DNA of 64,000 bases from positions 23,338 to 87,337 of the forward strand of contig CAZWKL010000002.1 in the NCBI GenBank assembly GCA_964633875.1, in the 5' to 3' direction. Position 1 is the stretch's first letter. The number at the start of each line of letters is the position of its first letter. Below the pieces are notes generated by a model, which worked only from the letters and a program-made list of their open reading frames with translations, was not told where the DNA came from and made no database searches. Source of the DNA: an uncultured Pseudomonadales bacterium. GTDB lineage: Bacteria > Patescibacteriota > Microgenomatia > UBA1400 > PJMF01. A program made the position numbers and the translations under genes. This document shows positions 46,609 through 56,218 of the stretch, piece by piece.

Positions 46609-47265
46609 TTAAAACCACAGCTGAGTGAGGAGAGTAGTCCCAAACTCAATGATTGGCAGAATAATTTTTCCCACCAAAGAAACGCCCCCAAAAGGGAAAA
46701 TTAGTAATATTAATAGTATAGTGCCGTATTGTTGCATAAACTGTTCAAACTCGTAAGCAAATTGTTGGGGCAGGACAGCAAGAGCAATTTTGCTGCCATC
46801 CAGGGGGTAAACTGGCAATAAATTAAAGACTGCCAGCATAATATTGACCTGCACCGCCGCCAGCGCAATCAGGAGAAAAATGTCTGGCATGGCTATGACA
46901 GTCTGGAGTAGAGCAAAAATAACTGAGATGATCCCCGCCAAGATGATATTTGACGCCGGTCCGGCCAAAGCAATTAAGGCTGTATCCCGCACCGGCTCCT
47001 TGAGATTGTAGGGGTCGAAAGGAACGGGTTTGCCCCAGCCAAAACCTATCAACAGTAGGGTGAGTGTGCCGAGGGGGTCGAGGTGGGCTCTGGGGTCGAG
47101 GGTAATCCGGTCGTTATATCGGGGGGTTGGGTCGCCAAGACGGTCAGCTACCCAAGCATGGGCAAATTCATGAATAGTAATTGCCACCACTAAGGCAGCC
47201 AGAAAAATGACGATGCCAATGATGGTCCAGATGGTAACGTTTCCAGACAAAAGTGTTAAAAGCAT
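46609..47265 (-). CDS. Site-2 protease (M50)
   Basis: HEFAH, GDPT, AGPASN, FNLLPVYPLDG; start MLLTLL. Confidence 0.92.
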   Translation of the reverse strand: MLLTLLSGNVTIWTIIGIVIFLAALVVAITIHEFAHAWVADRLGDPTPRYNDRITLDPRAHLDPLGTLTLLLIGFGWGKPVPFDPYNLKEPVRDTALIALAGPASNIILAGIISVIFALLQTVIAMPDIFLLIALAAVQVNIMLAVFNLLPVYPLDGSKIALAVLPQQFAYEFEQFMQQYGTILLILLIFPFGGVSLVGKIILPIIEFGTTLLTQLWF

Positions 47266-47363
47266 GAGCCTATTATATATCATTTATGACACTTATTTCT
47301 TGCTTTAAACTTGCTTGCTAGCGGCTTGAAAAGGTTGGGGAAAATGGTATAATCACGATTCTT

Positions 47364-47588
47364 ATGTCAAGCTATTCATTTAAATATCCAGCATCAGCTC
47401 ATATCGGCAACAATGTTTCCCATGCTAAGAACCGCACCAAACGCCGGTTTAAGTACAATTTGCACACAGTCACGGTTGTGATGGATGGGGTCAAGCAGCG
47501 TATGAAAGTGCCCACCAAAGTACTTCGTCAACTCAAAAAAGCCGGAGTGACCACTCATTACCAGAATGTCAGTGAGTCTGCTGAGTAA
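47364..47588 (+). CDS. rpmB: 50S ribosomal protein L28 (Cys-free)
   Basis: GNNVSHAKNRTKRRFKYNL. Confidence 0.93.
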   Translation: MSSYSFKYPASAHIGNNVSHAKNRTKRRFKYNLHTVTVVMDGVKQRMKVPTKVLRQLKKAGVTTHYQNVSESAE

Positions 47589-47590
47589 AA

Positions 47591-48556
47591 TTATTCCTCA
47601 ATTGAGTTTTTGATTTGGTTCCAGGTAGCTGGAATTTGACCTTCGAGCTGTACTTTTTCAAGTTCAAGCAAGCCGTTAACTGCGGCAGTTCTCAGAATTT
47701 TCATTCTTTGCTGGTTTTTGCTGGTGGGAACGAGCGTCCAAAGTCCTGGCCAAGGGGAAAAGGCTCGCACGGCGTGGCTGAGCAGTGTGGCCGTTGAGTC
47801 GTGAAAGTTGCTGGCTTGTTGCAGCAGGGCGGAGTGGTAAGTGTTGGCGGAAACGCCTCGTGTGGCTGCCCTAACAATTTCCCATTCCACAAATGAGTCT
47901 TTTTTCGACAACCGGCGCGCTAACGGCGTTGGCGTTTCCGCCTGTTGAGCTACGGGCTTAATTTCTCCGGCAGCAAATTTTGCGATATCATCTCCCAAGT
48001 GTTTGTTTATCAAGTTAAAACTAAAGTGGTAATAATCGTCATGATTCCATTGGTGATCAATCTCAAACTGGTGCTGAGCCAGCACAGGACCGGAATCCAG
48101 TCCCTGATCCATCACCATCAGGGTCACGGCTGAGGTCTGGTCGCCAAACAAAATAGCGAACTGCCCGGGAGAACTGCCTCTCCACTTAGGCAGGGCAGAA
48201 GGGTGAATATTAAGCGGCGCTATTTTTGGCCATTCCAGCAGTTTTTTCGGCACCAGGTAGCCAAAATCTACCACCAACAAGTAATCCGGCTGTTCAAAAT
48301 ACTCGGAATTGGTAATTTTTGTTAATAGCTCATTAGTGATCTTGTTCTCAACCAGCACGACAGGAATATTTTCCTTTTCGGCCAACAAATGAAGCGGGTT
48401 TTGGCTGATAATTTTTTTTCTGCCGACCGGTTTTGGTCCGGGAGTGATCATACCGGTTATGATAAATCTCGAATCCTGATGGAGAGTTTCAGCACAGGCT
48501 TGAGTCTTGGTTGTAGTTCCCGCTATGACGATTTTGTACGGCATAATTGAGTTCAT
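47591..48556 (-). CDS. fmt: Methionyl-tRNA formyltransferase
   Basis: KPVGRK, VVDFG, NIHPSALPKWRGSSP, MDQGLDSG, RAFSPWPG. Confidence 0.92.
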   Translation of the reverse strand: MNSIMPYKIVIAGTTTKTQACAETLHQDSRFIITGMITPGPKPVGRKKIISQNPLHLLAEKENIPVVLVENKITNELLTKITNSEYFEQPDYLLVVDFGYLVPKKLLEWPKIAPLNIHPSALPKWRGSSPGQFAILFGDQTSAVTLMVMDQGLDSGPVLAQHQFEIDHQWNHDDYYHFSFNLINKHLGDDIAKFAAGEIKPVAQQAETPTPLARRLSKKDSFVEWEIVRAATRGVSANTYHSALLQQASNFHDSTATLLSHAVRAFSPWPGLWTLVPTSKNQQRMKILRTAAVNGLLELEKVQLEGQIPATWNQIKNSIEE

Positions 48557-49101
48557 TAAATTATCTCTAAAAATTCTCGGTCAATCTCTTCGAATTTATC
48601 CTGCTCGATTTCCTGATAAACAGGCAGATTATTCTTGAGAGAGTGATCGGTAAAAAGAATTCCATTGAGATGGTCAAGTTCATGTTGAATCACTCGGGCA
48701 GGAAAATCAGCAAACTTTTCTTTTTCGCGCACTAATTTGCCATTTTTGATTTGATCAAACTCCAGCTCCACCCATTCCCAACGGAAAACCGGTCCGTACA
48801 AACGGGGGATGGACAAGCAGCCTTCCATAACCGGATCATCTTTATCTTGACCGAGGGTTTGTTCCGGCGAGTGTTTGGTAATAGTAGGATTGATAAAAAC
48901 TCTGGAATCTGTTACTTGAGTAGCGAAAATCCGCCATAATTTATTGACTTGAGGAGCAGCCAAGCCAGCGCTGGGTTTTTTGGTGGATTTTAGAGTATTT
49001 TGTAGTTCTTTGATAAATTCGTGCAGTTTTTTGTCCACTTTAACTACAGGCTCAGACTTTTGTCTCAGGGTTGGGTGGGGAATTTCAATTATCTCCATCA
49101 T
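48556..49101 (-). CDS. def: Peptide deformylase
   Basis: GLAAPQV, EGCLS, QHELDHLNG. Confidence 0.97.
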   Translation of the reverse strand: MMEIIEIPHPTLRQKSEPVVKVDKKLHEFIKELQNTLKSTKKPSAGLAAPQVNKLWRIFATQVTDSRVFINPTITKHSPEQTLGQDKDDPVMEGCLSIPRLYGPVFRWEWVELEFDQIKNGKLVREKEKFADFPARVIQHELDHLNGILFTDHSLKNNLPVYQEIEQDKFEEIDREFLEII

Positions 49102-49152
49102 TCGGTCATTATACCGCTACTCAAGATTAATCCAAAACCGGAGTCTCCAGGC

Positions 49153-51321
49153 TTAATCAGTTTTGTTTTCACCTGCGAACTCCGCCAATCCCTCTAGTGC
49201 GGCAGGATTATTGGCGCTGATATGATCAATTACATACCGGTATTGCTCCTTGGCTTCCGTTTCCCGCCCGCTTAGTTTCAGAGTTCTGGCCAGTTGTATT
49301 CGGGCGTTTTCATAATCAGGTTTTAGTTCAACTGCTTTTTCTTGGGCAGCGCTGGCGGCCTCAATATTTTCCAGACCCCACTCAACCAGACCCAGATTGT
49401 GCCAAAGTTTGGCATCAGTGGGTGCTCTTTCAATTGCGCTCACCAAAGCAGCTTTGGCAAAAAGAAGATAATCGGTGTTAATTGGAGATAAGGAAATGAA
49501 AATCCTGGCTCTGGTTTTATAAAAATTAAGATGAGCCGGATTAAGGGATAATGATCTGTCGCTAAAGCTGATTGCCGCTTCAGCCAATTCTGCCGCGGCT
49601 GTGGCGTCATTTTCTTGATCATAAGCTACTGCTATTTTGGCATAAGTGTCTGCCAGTTCATCATAAAAAAGTGCTTCATTTGGAGATCTCTCCACCGCTT
49701 CTTGCAAGTAGAGCAGGCCATCAAGGTTTTGGCCGCTATCAATCAAAGACTTACCAGAGCTAAAAGCCACATCTGCCTGGCGGTAATTGTAAATACCGCT
49801 CAGGAGTATTAAGACCGCCAGTACTGTTAAGGTAGCAGCGCCAAATTGCCAGCCGTTGGTAAACTCAGGTTTTTTGGTGGGTTGGTTGAGAACGGCAACT
49901 TGGCTGTTATTCTCAGCATCCTTAATTAGAACTAGCGCGGAAATGGCAAAGAACAAGAACGTTAAGACAGTAGTCATCACGGTGGAGAAGCCAAAAAAAT
50001 TCGAGACAGTTAAAGCAGCCAATCCCGACAAAAGCCCCAGTTGCACCAAGTTGTTTTTTCTGTAGATTTGCCGGCTAGCCGTAACAACAAACCAGCCCCA
50101 CAGCAGCAGGTACGTCCCCAAGCCAAAAATGCCAGTGGTAGCTAGGAAATTTAAGAATTCATTGTGGGCTTTGTTGTAGAGGAAATCCCACTCGGAAACC
50201 AGGTTATGTTCGACCGGTCTATCTAAATAATAACTGTAAGCAAAAGTTTCTACCCCTGAGCCAAAAAACGGATAACGCTGCCAGACTTTTAAAGCTCCTG
50301 CCCAGACAATTTTCCTGATTTCGCCGGAATCTGTGCCGCCCAGTTCCATTTGGTTGGCTGGGAGTGCTGTAACGATGTTAGTCTGGTCTGAGTTTGTTTC
50401 AAGGAAAAGTTCTCGTATTGAGGGAGTGTAAGTAGTGCCAAAGATTGCCGCGAGAGTGGCAAATAACAGCAAAAACCCCAGAGTGTATTGGATCACCCGC
50501 CTGCTTAAATAATATCCTGGAGAGAAACGAGCCTGACGTGATGAGTTTTTCCAGGCGTAAACCAAAGCGCCAACGGCAAAAATCGCCATTCCCACCCCCA
50601 AACCCAACAGACCGGAACGCGATTGAGTAAAAATCAGCGCCATGAATAACAACCCACCGCCAACCCCCAAAAGCACTTTCTTAAAGTAATTAGCCTTTTC
50701 TGTAATAGCCAGATAAATGCTGGCAGGAATCAAAGTAATGACGTAGGCCGCCAACCAATTTGGCTGCCCAAAAGTGGCAAAAATCCGCTCTTGCACTTTT
50801 TGCATCCAACAGTCCACGCCAAAATTACTGCCTTTGGACAAAATCAAACAACTGGCAGAATGGCCAAAGTGTTCAAGAATACCATAAATTGAAACAATCG
50901 TTCCCGAAGTGACTGCGGTCAGCAAAAGTTGCTTAATTGCCTTGAGAGGCACATTGCTCACAAAAGCATAATAAAGCAGGTAATAACTGGTGACCGACAG
51001 CAGCCCGCCATGAAAACGGCTGTAGTAACCCAGCATGGAAGTGCGCGGGTGCAGCGAGAGCAGGGTAGAAACAACTTGCGAAATCAAAAACATGAGCAGC
51101 GGCAAATCCAGGTATGTTCTCTGGAAAATAAATCTTTTCTCCTGAATCATCCGCAAAACCCAAGCTCCACCAATCAGTACGCTCAGCGCATAAACCAAAA
51201 CCATCTTGTTGAATTCAAAAAGCTCTTCAGTTCTAAAGGAAAAGTAAAGCGGTACGGTCAAGAGCAAAAAATGGTACAGTACCAGGATAATTTTTTGCCA
51301 CGGACCCGATTTTTCAAACAT
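49153..51321 (-). CDS. O-antigen ligase/O-oligosaccharyltransferase-like membrane protein with TPR tail
   Basis: ATFGQPNWLA, TQSRSG, RKIVW, GSGVETF, KAHNEFL and C-terminal TPRs; start MFEK. Confidence 0.85.
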   Translation of the reverse strand: MFEKSGPWQKIILVLYHFLLLTVPLYFSFRTEELFEFNKMVLVYALSVLIGGAWVLRMIQEKRFIFQRTYLDLPLLMFLISQVVSTLLSLHPRTSMLGYYSRFHGGLLSVTSYYLLYYAFVSNVPLKAIKQLLLTAVTSGTIVSIYGILEHFGHSASCLILSKGSNFGVDCWMQKVQERIFATFGQPNWLAAYVITLIPASIYLAITEKANYFKKVLLGVGGGLLFMALIFTQSRSGLLGLGVGMAIFAVGALVYAWKNSSRQARFSPGYYLSRRVIQYTLGFLLLFATLAAIFGTTYTPSIRELFLETNSDQTNIVTALPANQMELGGTDSGEIRKIVWAGALKVWQRYPFFGSGVETFAYSYYLDRPVEHNLVSEWDFLYNKAHNEFLNFLATTGIFGLGTYLLLWGWFVVTASRQIYRKNNLVQLGLLSGLAALTVSNFFGFSTVMTTVLTFLFFAISALVLIKDAENNSQVAVLNQPTKKPEFTNGWQFGAATLTVLAVLILLSGIYNYRQADVAFSSGKSLIDSGQNLDGLLYLQEAVERSPNEALFYDELADTYAKIAVAYDQENDATAAAELAEAAISFSDRSLSLNPAHLNFYKTRARIFISLSPINTDYLLFAKAALVSAIERAPTDAKLWHNLGLVEWGLENIEAASAAQEKAVELKPDYENARIQLARTLKLSGRETEAKEQYRYVIDHISANNPAALEGLAEFAGENKTD

Positions 51322-51383
51322 ACTTTCCCTATTATACAAATTCCTGGTATATTATTTAGTATATATATTAGAGGAGAAAGATA

Positions 51384-51935
51384 ATGAACGACCAACCTGC
51401 CCAAGATTACTCTCAGTATCCCCCTCAGCCGCCAGCTTCGGTTTTACCCGCTGATCAACCTCAAAATGCTCCTGAAAGTGGTAGCGACAGCGCCACCCCT
51501 TCAGAAAAACTGGAAGACCAAAACGTTTTCTTTATGCTCGGGGTGACCGATGGCTCCAATGACCAGCGCGAGGAATTCCTAGATGAGCTTCAGCAAGTGA
51601 TTTGGGAAGATTTTCTCGAATATGATGTCAAATTATTAATGACTACTGAAGAATATGAAGAACTCCAACGATTGTTGTCAGAACAGGCTGGTCAGCCGTT
51701 GGCACAGCAGGAGACAGCGGTTGAATACATTGAAAAACTGGTGCCAGAACTCGAAAACATCATGCTGGAAAAAGCCCTTGAGCTTAAAGCAGATTTATTG
51801 AGGGAAAGAATTACCGGCATGAAAGAGTATTTTTCAGGTCAGCAAGAAGCAGCAGAAAAAATCAGCCGTGCCGAAGAATTGATTGTGCAAGAACGGTGGT
51901 ATTCGGCTGCGGCACTGCTTAACAGCATCTCCTAA
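51384..51935 (+). CDS. Acidic helical hypothetical protein
   Basis: SD gagga; Pro/Gln N-terminus, LEDQNVFFMLGV. Confidence 0.7.
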   Translation: MNDQPAQDYSQYPPQPPASVLPADQPQNAPESGSDSATPSEKLEDQNVFFMLGVTDGSNDQREEFLDELQQVIWEDFLEYDVKLLMTTEEYEELQRLLSEQAGQPLAQQETAVEYIEKLVPELENIMLEKALELKADLLRERITGMKEYFSGQQEAAEKISRAEELIVQERWYSAAALLNSIS

Positions 51936-51964
51936 ATCCTTGCCTCATCTTGTATACTTTCGTC

Positions 51965-53014
51965 ATGAATAAGTTTGGCGCCTTTATTGGTGGCTTGGTT
52001 TCCTCCGGTGAGACGATTGATGATCAGCTTTTTATCGATGCTGGCTCCAGCAATACCAGAATCTACTTGGGGGAGCGCTTGGTGTACTCTGAGCCGACCT
52101 GCGTGGCCGTCCACCGTCCCAGTGATACGGTAGTGGCCATCGGTACCAAAGCGCAAAAACTGTTGGGTAAAGTCGGCGAAAACATGGCAGTCAGTTTTCC
52201 GGTACAACATGGTGTGGTGGCCAATCCGGCTCATATGGAAATATTTCTTTCAACCGTACTAAAAAGAATTATGACCGATTTTTCCCTGAAAAGAACCATT
52301 CTGGGCATGAAGACCTGGTATGCCATGCCAGTTAGTGCTTCGCCGTTAGAAAAACAATTTATGCGCGAAATTTTATCCAGTGTAGGTTTTGCGAAAATTA
52401 ATTTATTGCCAGGAATTGAGGCGGCTTTTCGCAGTGTAGTCGAAAAAAGTTCTTCCACTCAATCATATTTTGTGTTTAATCTTGGTGGGCAGTTGGCGGA
52501 GATTGGTATTTTTTCCGCTAATAATTTTGTTACGGGTAAAGCAATTAAATGGGGTGGAGTGCAATTCACCGAAGCCATCCAGGAAATTATTCGTCATGAG
52601 CACGAGTGCGCGATTGGGTGGCACATTGCTGAGCAGACGAAATTCGATATTGCCAGAGTGCTTGGAGAGAGGAGTGGGAGCAAGTCAAAGACAAAGGCAA
52701 CCGTTCGTGGCAAGGATGTTATCAAACAAATCAGCAAAACCGTGGTGGTTTCAGCAGATATTTTTGACGTCAGTTTTAATGAATTGATGGAAGAACTGTT
52801 CAGTTCTCTGGAAACTTTTTTGTCTGAGCTGCCTTCGGAGTTGGTCACCAATGCTTTGGATCAAGGCATTTATCTAACCGGCGCCGCCAGTCAACTTGAC
52901 GGACTAGGTGAGGCGCTGGCAGAAAAACTGCAGTCAACGGTCAATTATTCCCAGCAGCCGGGTACGGATACTGTCAAAGGAATGGTGAGATATGTCAAAA
53001 ATTACTCTCTATAA
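51965..53014 (+). CDS. mreB: Rod shape-determining protein MreB (divergent)
   Basis: IDAGSSNT, EPTCVA, PVQHGVV, AEQTK, VRGKD, GIYLTG; first gene of the mreBCD-PBP2 operon. Confidence 0.85.
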   Translation: MNKFGAFIGGLVSSGETIDDQLFIDAGSSNTRIYLGERLVYSEPTCVAVHRPSDTVVAIGTKAQKLLGKVGENMAVSFPVQHGVVANPAHMEIFLSTVLKRIMTDFSLKRTILGMKTWYAMPVSASPLEKQFMREILSSVGFAKINLLPGIEAAFRSVVEKSSSTQSYFVFNLGGQLAEIGIFSANNFVTGKAIKWGGVQFTEAIQEIIRHEHECAIGWHIAEQTKFDIARVLGERSGSKSKTKATVRGKDVIKQISKTVVVSADIFDVSFNELMEELFSSLETFLSELPSELVTNALDQGIYLTGAASQLDGLGEALAEKLQSTVNYSQQPGTDTVKGMVRYVKNYSL

Positions 53015-53777
53015 ACCGATTTCTGAAAGAAAAGAATTTGCTGTAGTAGTTTTGCTGGCGGTTTTGTTGGGCATGGGAGAGTTTGTGGGTTGGACTAGAG
53101 TGGTTTCTGCCCAGATAGAAGTTGTCTTAAATCCCCTGCAAGCTTTTGAAACACAACTAGCGCGGCTGATTAGTTGGCCGACGAAATCATTTTTTACCGG
53201 TTATCGCAGTGCCGAAGAGTTGCGGGAGTTAAAAGTTAAGTACGCGGCTCAAATTTCAGAACTCGATGAGCTGGACCGCCTCCGCAAGGAAAATAATCAA
53301 TTGAAGCAAATGTTGGAAAATTCCGAGCGGCCGAATGAAAATACCAAAATTGCCGTGCCGGTGGTGTCGTTGGCGTATCCGGCGGTGGCGGCTGGTAGTC
53401 AAAGTGGAGTCAGGCAGGGCGAAATGGTGACTTTCCAAAATACGCTCTTGGGTGTCATTACTCAGGTTTCCGAGCATCAATCTAGAGTTGCTCTTTTAAC
53501 CAGAAAAGACAGTGTGCCGATTTTGGCTAAAACCAGCAGTGGCATGCAGGGAATTGTGACCGGTAATGGCAAGCAAGTTATCTTAACCGAGGTTCCTCAC
53601 GGTATAGAGCTCAATAAAGATGAGCGGGTAGTGACGGTGGGACAAGAAGGGATCAGACGCGACGTTTTGATTGGAGTTATCGGCGCGGTGATTACCAGAC
53701 CTTCCGCTCCCACTCAAACTGCCATAGTGCAGCAACAAGTGTCATTTTTTGACGCTCCGGCGGTAGAAATTTGGTAA
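52992..53777 (+). CDS. mreC: Rod shape-determining protein MreC
   Basis: TM, coiled coil LRKENNQLK, GSQSGV, GIVTG, VVTVG; operon position. Confidence 0.85.
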   Translation: MSKITLYKPISERKEFAVVVLLAVLLGMGEFVGWTRVVSAQIEVVLNPLQAFETQLARLISWPTKSFFTGYRSAEELRELKVKYAAQISELDELDRLRKENNQLKQMLENSERPNENTKIAVPVVSLAYPAVAAGSQSGVRQGEMVTFQNTLLGVITQVSEHQSRVALLTRKDSVPILAKTSSGMQGIVTGNGKQVILTEVPHGIELNKDERVVTVGQEGIRRDVLIGVIGAVITRPSAPTQTAIVQQQVSFFDAPAVEIW

Positions 53778-53846
53778 TAGAAATCAAGCAGAGTGTTAAG
53801 TGAGAGGTTTTAAGCAAGGGGTGCTAAGCGAAGAAAATAAAGGAGA

Positions 53847-54323
53847 ATGATGATTAAAGCAATTTTGCAGTTTCTTTTGATATTTTGCTTCCTGGTGTTG
53901 TTGCTGAGTTTTGAATCTGTTATTGGTTTGCCGGTGATATTTTTGGCGGCGCTGAGCTTGCTCAGCGCCATGTTTTCAGGGCTCCTGTGGTGGCCATTGG
54001 CACTGATTTTAATGCTCAGCTTCGTGATGGCAGCAGTTTACCAAGTGCCAATGGTGACCACTTTCATTATTTTGGTTTTGACGATTTGGTTTAACATCGG
54101 GGGGAGGGGAGGAGTACTAACCAAACGAATGTGGCGGATTTTGTTGGCGGCGGCAGGAGGCTCACTAGCGATTCTACTAATTTCTGGAATCAATGTGGCT
54201 GAACTCAGTTTGCTAACACTGATTTTGCAAAGTGGTATAGTATTGCTGCTGGTTTGGCGGGTGTTAGGGCTGCCAGCCGGCTCAGACAAGTCCCTGACCA
54301 AACGCCTCTGGCGCAACCGATGA
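53847..54323 (+). CDS. MreD-like membrane protein
   Basis: Highly hydrophobic 158 aa between mreC and PBP2; call is positional. Confidence 0.55.
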   Translation: MMIKAILQFLLIFCFLVLLLSFESVIGLPVIFLAALSLLSAMFSGLLWWPLALILMLSFVMAAVYQVPMVTTFIILVLTIWFNIGGRGGVLTKRMWRILLAAAGGSLAILLISGINVAELSLLTLILQSGIVLLLVWRVLGLPAGSDKSLTKRLWRNR

Positions 54324-56218
54324 ATATTTTTAAACAACTACCGCCAAAAGTGCTTTTCTTTTTTGCAGTTTCCCTGGCAGTATTCTCGCTCCTGGTGTGG
54401 AGATTGGCAGATTTGCAACTGATGAACGGTCGTTCCTATTTAGCTATGGCTGACGCCAACAAATTATTTACTGCTAGAATTCCGGTAGAACGGGGGATTT
54501 TTTTAGATAGATACGGCGATCCGTTAGTGTACAACAAACCCCGGTATTACCAACTCGCCAACCCCGAGGCTTTATATAGCGAAAAAGAAGAAATTTCCCG
54601 CGAAGAGGCCTTAATCGCCATGGCTTCGGGCAGTGAGAGTGTGGGCTATGAATTGGAAAGAGAATTTCTGTTTCCGGAGGCCATTGCTCACGTGTTGGGT
54701 TACACCGGATCGGTGACGGCTGATGAATTAAAAAAAGACACCAGGCTTCATATTGAGGATAAGACTGGAAAAATGGGCATGGAACGGGTTTTTGATGAAG
54801 TTTTACGAGGTGTGGCTGGAGCTAATTTTTATGAAGTTAATGCTCTTGGCAATAAACAAAGAAAAGTTGGTGAGCGGGAAGGTATTCCTGGCTCGAATAT
54901 TGCCACGACTATTGATCCCTATTTGTCGCAAATCGCTTTTACAGCTATGGACGCCAAGCGTGGCGCCGTGGTTATTCTCGATAGCGAGACTGGAGAAATT
55001 TTGACTTTGGTGAGCACGCCCACTTATGATCCTCAGGCTTTAAGTACCAAATACATTGATCCTGAATTAGAAAGACAAAGAAGACAGCAGGTGAATGGAT
55101 TTTTTACCCACCCGCAAAAATTATTTTTCAATCGAGCTATTAGCGGTGCTTACCCACCAGGATCAGTTTTCAAAATTCTCACTGCCCTGGCTGGTTTGGA
55201 TAGTGGAGCGATCGATGCCGGTAAAACGGTCGATGATACCGGAGTTCTAGAGGTGGGAGAATATTCTTATGCCAATTGGTACTACACTCAATATGGCAGA
55301 ATGGATGGGCCGATTTCCTTGGTGCGCGCTTTGGCGAGAAGTAATGACATTTATTTTTACAAAGCAGCCGAATGGACTGGTCCGCAAAAAATTGCTGATA
55401 TGGCCAGACTTTTTGGTTTGGGGAAATTGACAGGCATTGAACTTCCTGGAGAGGCTGCCGGTTTAGTTCCTGATCCTGCCTGGAAGGAGCGGGAGTTGGG
55501 TGAACGCTGGTACTTGGGCAATACTTTCCATTTCGGCATTGGCCAGGACAATCTTTTAGTGACACCGTTGCAGCTGGCCCAATATGTTCAGGCAATTGCT
55601 AAGCATGGCACACAATGCAGTCCTCATTTGGTGAAAACTAATCCGTTGGAGGTGGATGGTAGTTTGGCCAGCCATTGTAGTGAGCTGGGAGTAGCTGAAG
55701 AAAACTTAGAACTGGTTTTGCGAGGGATGTTGGATGCCTGCAGTTTTGGTGGCACTGGCTTTCCCTTTTTTCCCCACAACCAAAGGTTTAGACAAGAGGG
55801 ATTATCGCCAGTGGAGCAACTTAACGAAGGGGCGGTGGCTTGTAAAACCGGCACTTCTGAGTTTGGTGGTGTTGATTCCAGGGGATACAGAAACACACAC
55901 GGTTGGTTTACTGCCATCGTTGGAATTAAGAAAGCGGACATTTTGCCCGCTGGTGGAGCCAACTTGCAATCTGGAGATTGGGATGACGAAGCTCATTCGT
56001 TTCGGGATCGCTGGTTGAGCAGAGTTGATGAAACCGGTTTTCCGGACAGTTTGGTTATGGTGGCTTTGGTGGAAAGTGATGAAGTTTCCCCTTATCGCGA
56101 AGGTTCTGCTGATGCGGCGCCAGTGATTAAAGACATTGTTGATTGGATTTATGGTACTAATATCAGGGCAGAAGCGCTGTCCGAAGAGGAGATCAGAGAA
56201 GCCGGGTTAGCGGAGTAG
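54320..56218 (+). CDS. mrdA: Class B penicillin-binding protein 2
   Basis: RGIFLDRYG, HVLGY, YPPGSVFK (SxxK), SND, KTGT. Confidence 0.92.
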   Translation: MNIFKQLPPKVLFFFAVSLAVFSLLVWRLADLQLMNGRSYLAMADANKLFTARIPVERGIFLDRYGDPLVYNKPRYYQLANPEALYSEKEEISREEALIAMASGSESVGYELEREFLFPEAIAHVLGYTGSVTADELKKDTRLHIEDKTGKMGMERVFDEVLRGVAGANFYEVNALGNKQRKVGEREGIPGSNIATTIDPYLSQIAFTAMDAKRGAVVILDSETGEILTLVSTPTYDPQALSTKYIDPELERQRRQQVNGFFTHPQKLFFNRAISGAYPPGSVFKILTALAGLDSGAIDAGKTVDDTGVLEVGEYSYANWYYTQYGRMDGPISLVRALARSNDIYFYKAAEWTGPQKIADMARLFGLGKLTGIELPGEAAGLVPDPAWKERELGERWYLGNTFHFGIGQDNLLVTPLQLAQYVQAIAKHGTQCSPHLVKTNPLEVDGSLASHCSELGVAEENLELVLRGMLDACSFGGTGFPFFPHNQRFRQEGLSPVEQLNEGAVACKTGTSEFGGVDSRGYRNTHGWFTAIVGIKKADILPAGGANLQSGDWDDEAHSFRDRWLSRVDETGFPDSLVMVALVESDEVSPYREGSADAAPVIKDIVDWIYGTNIRAEALSEEEIREAGLAE

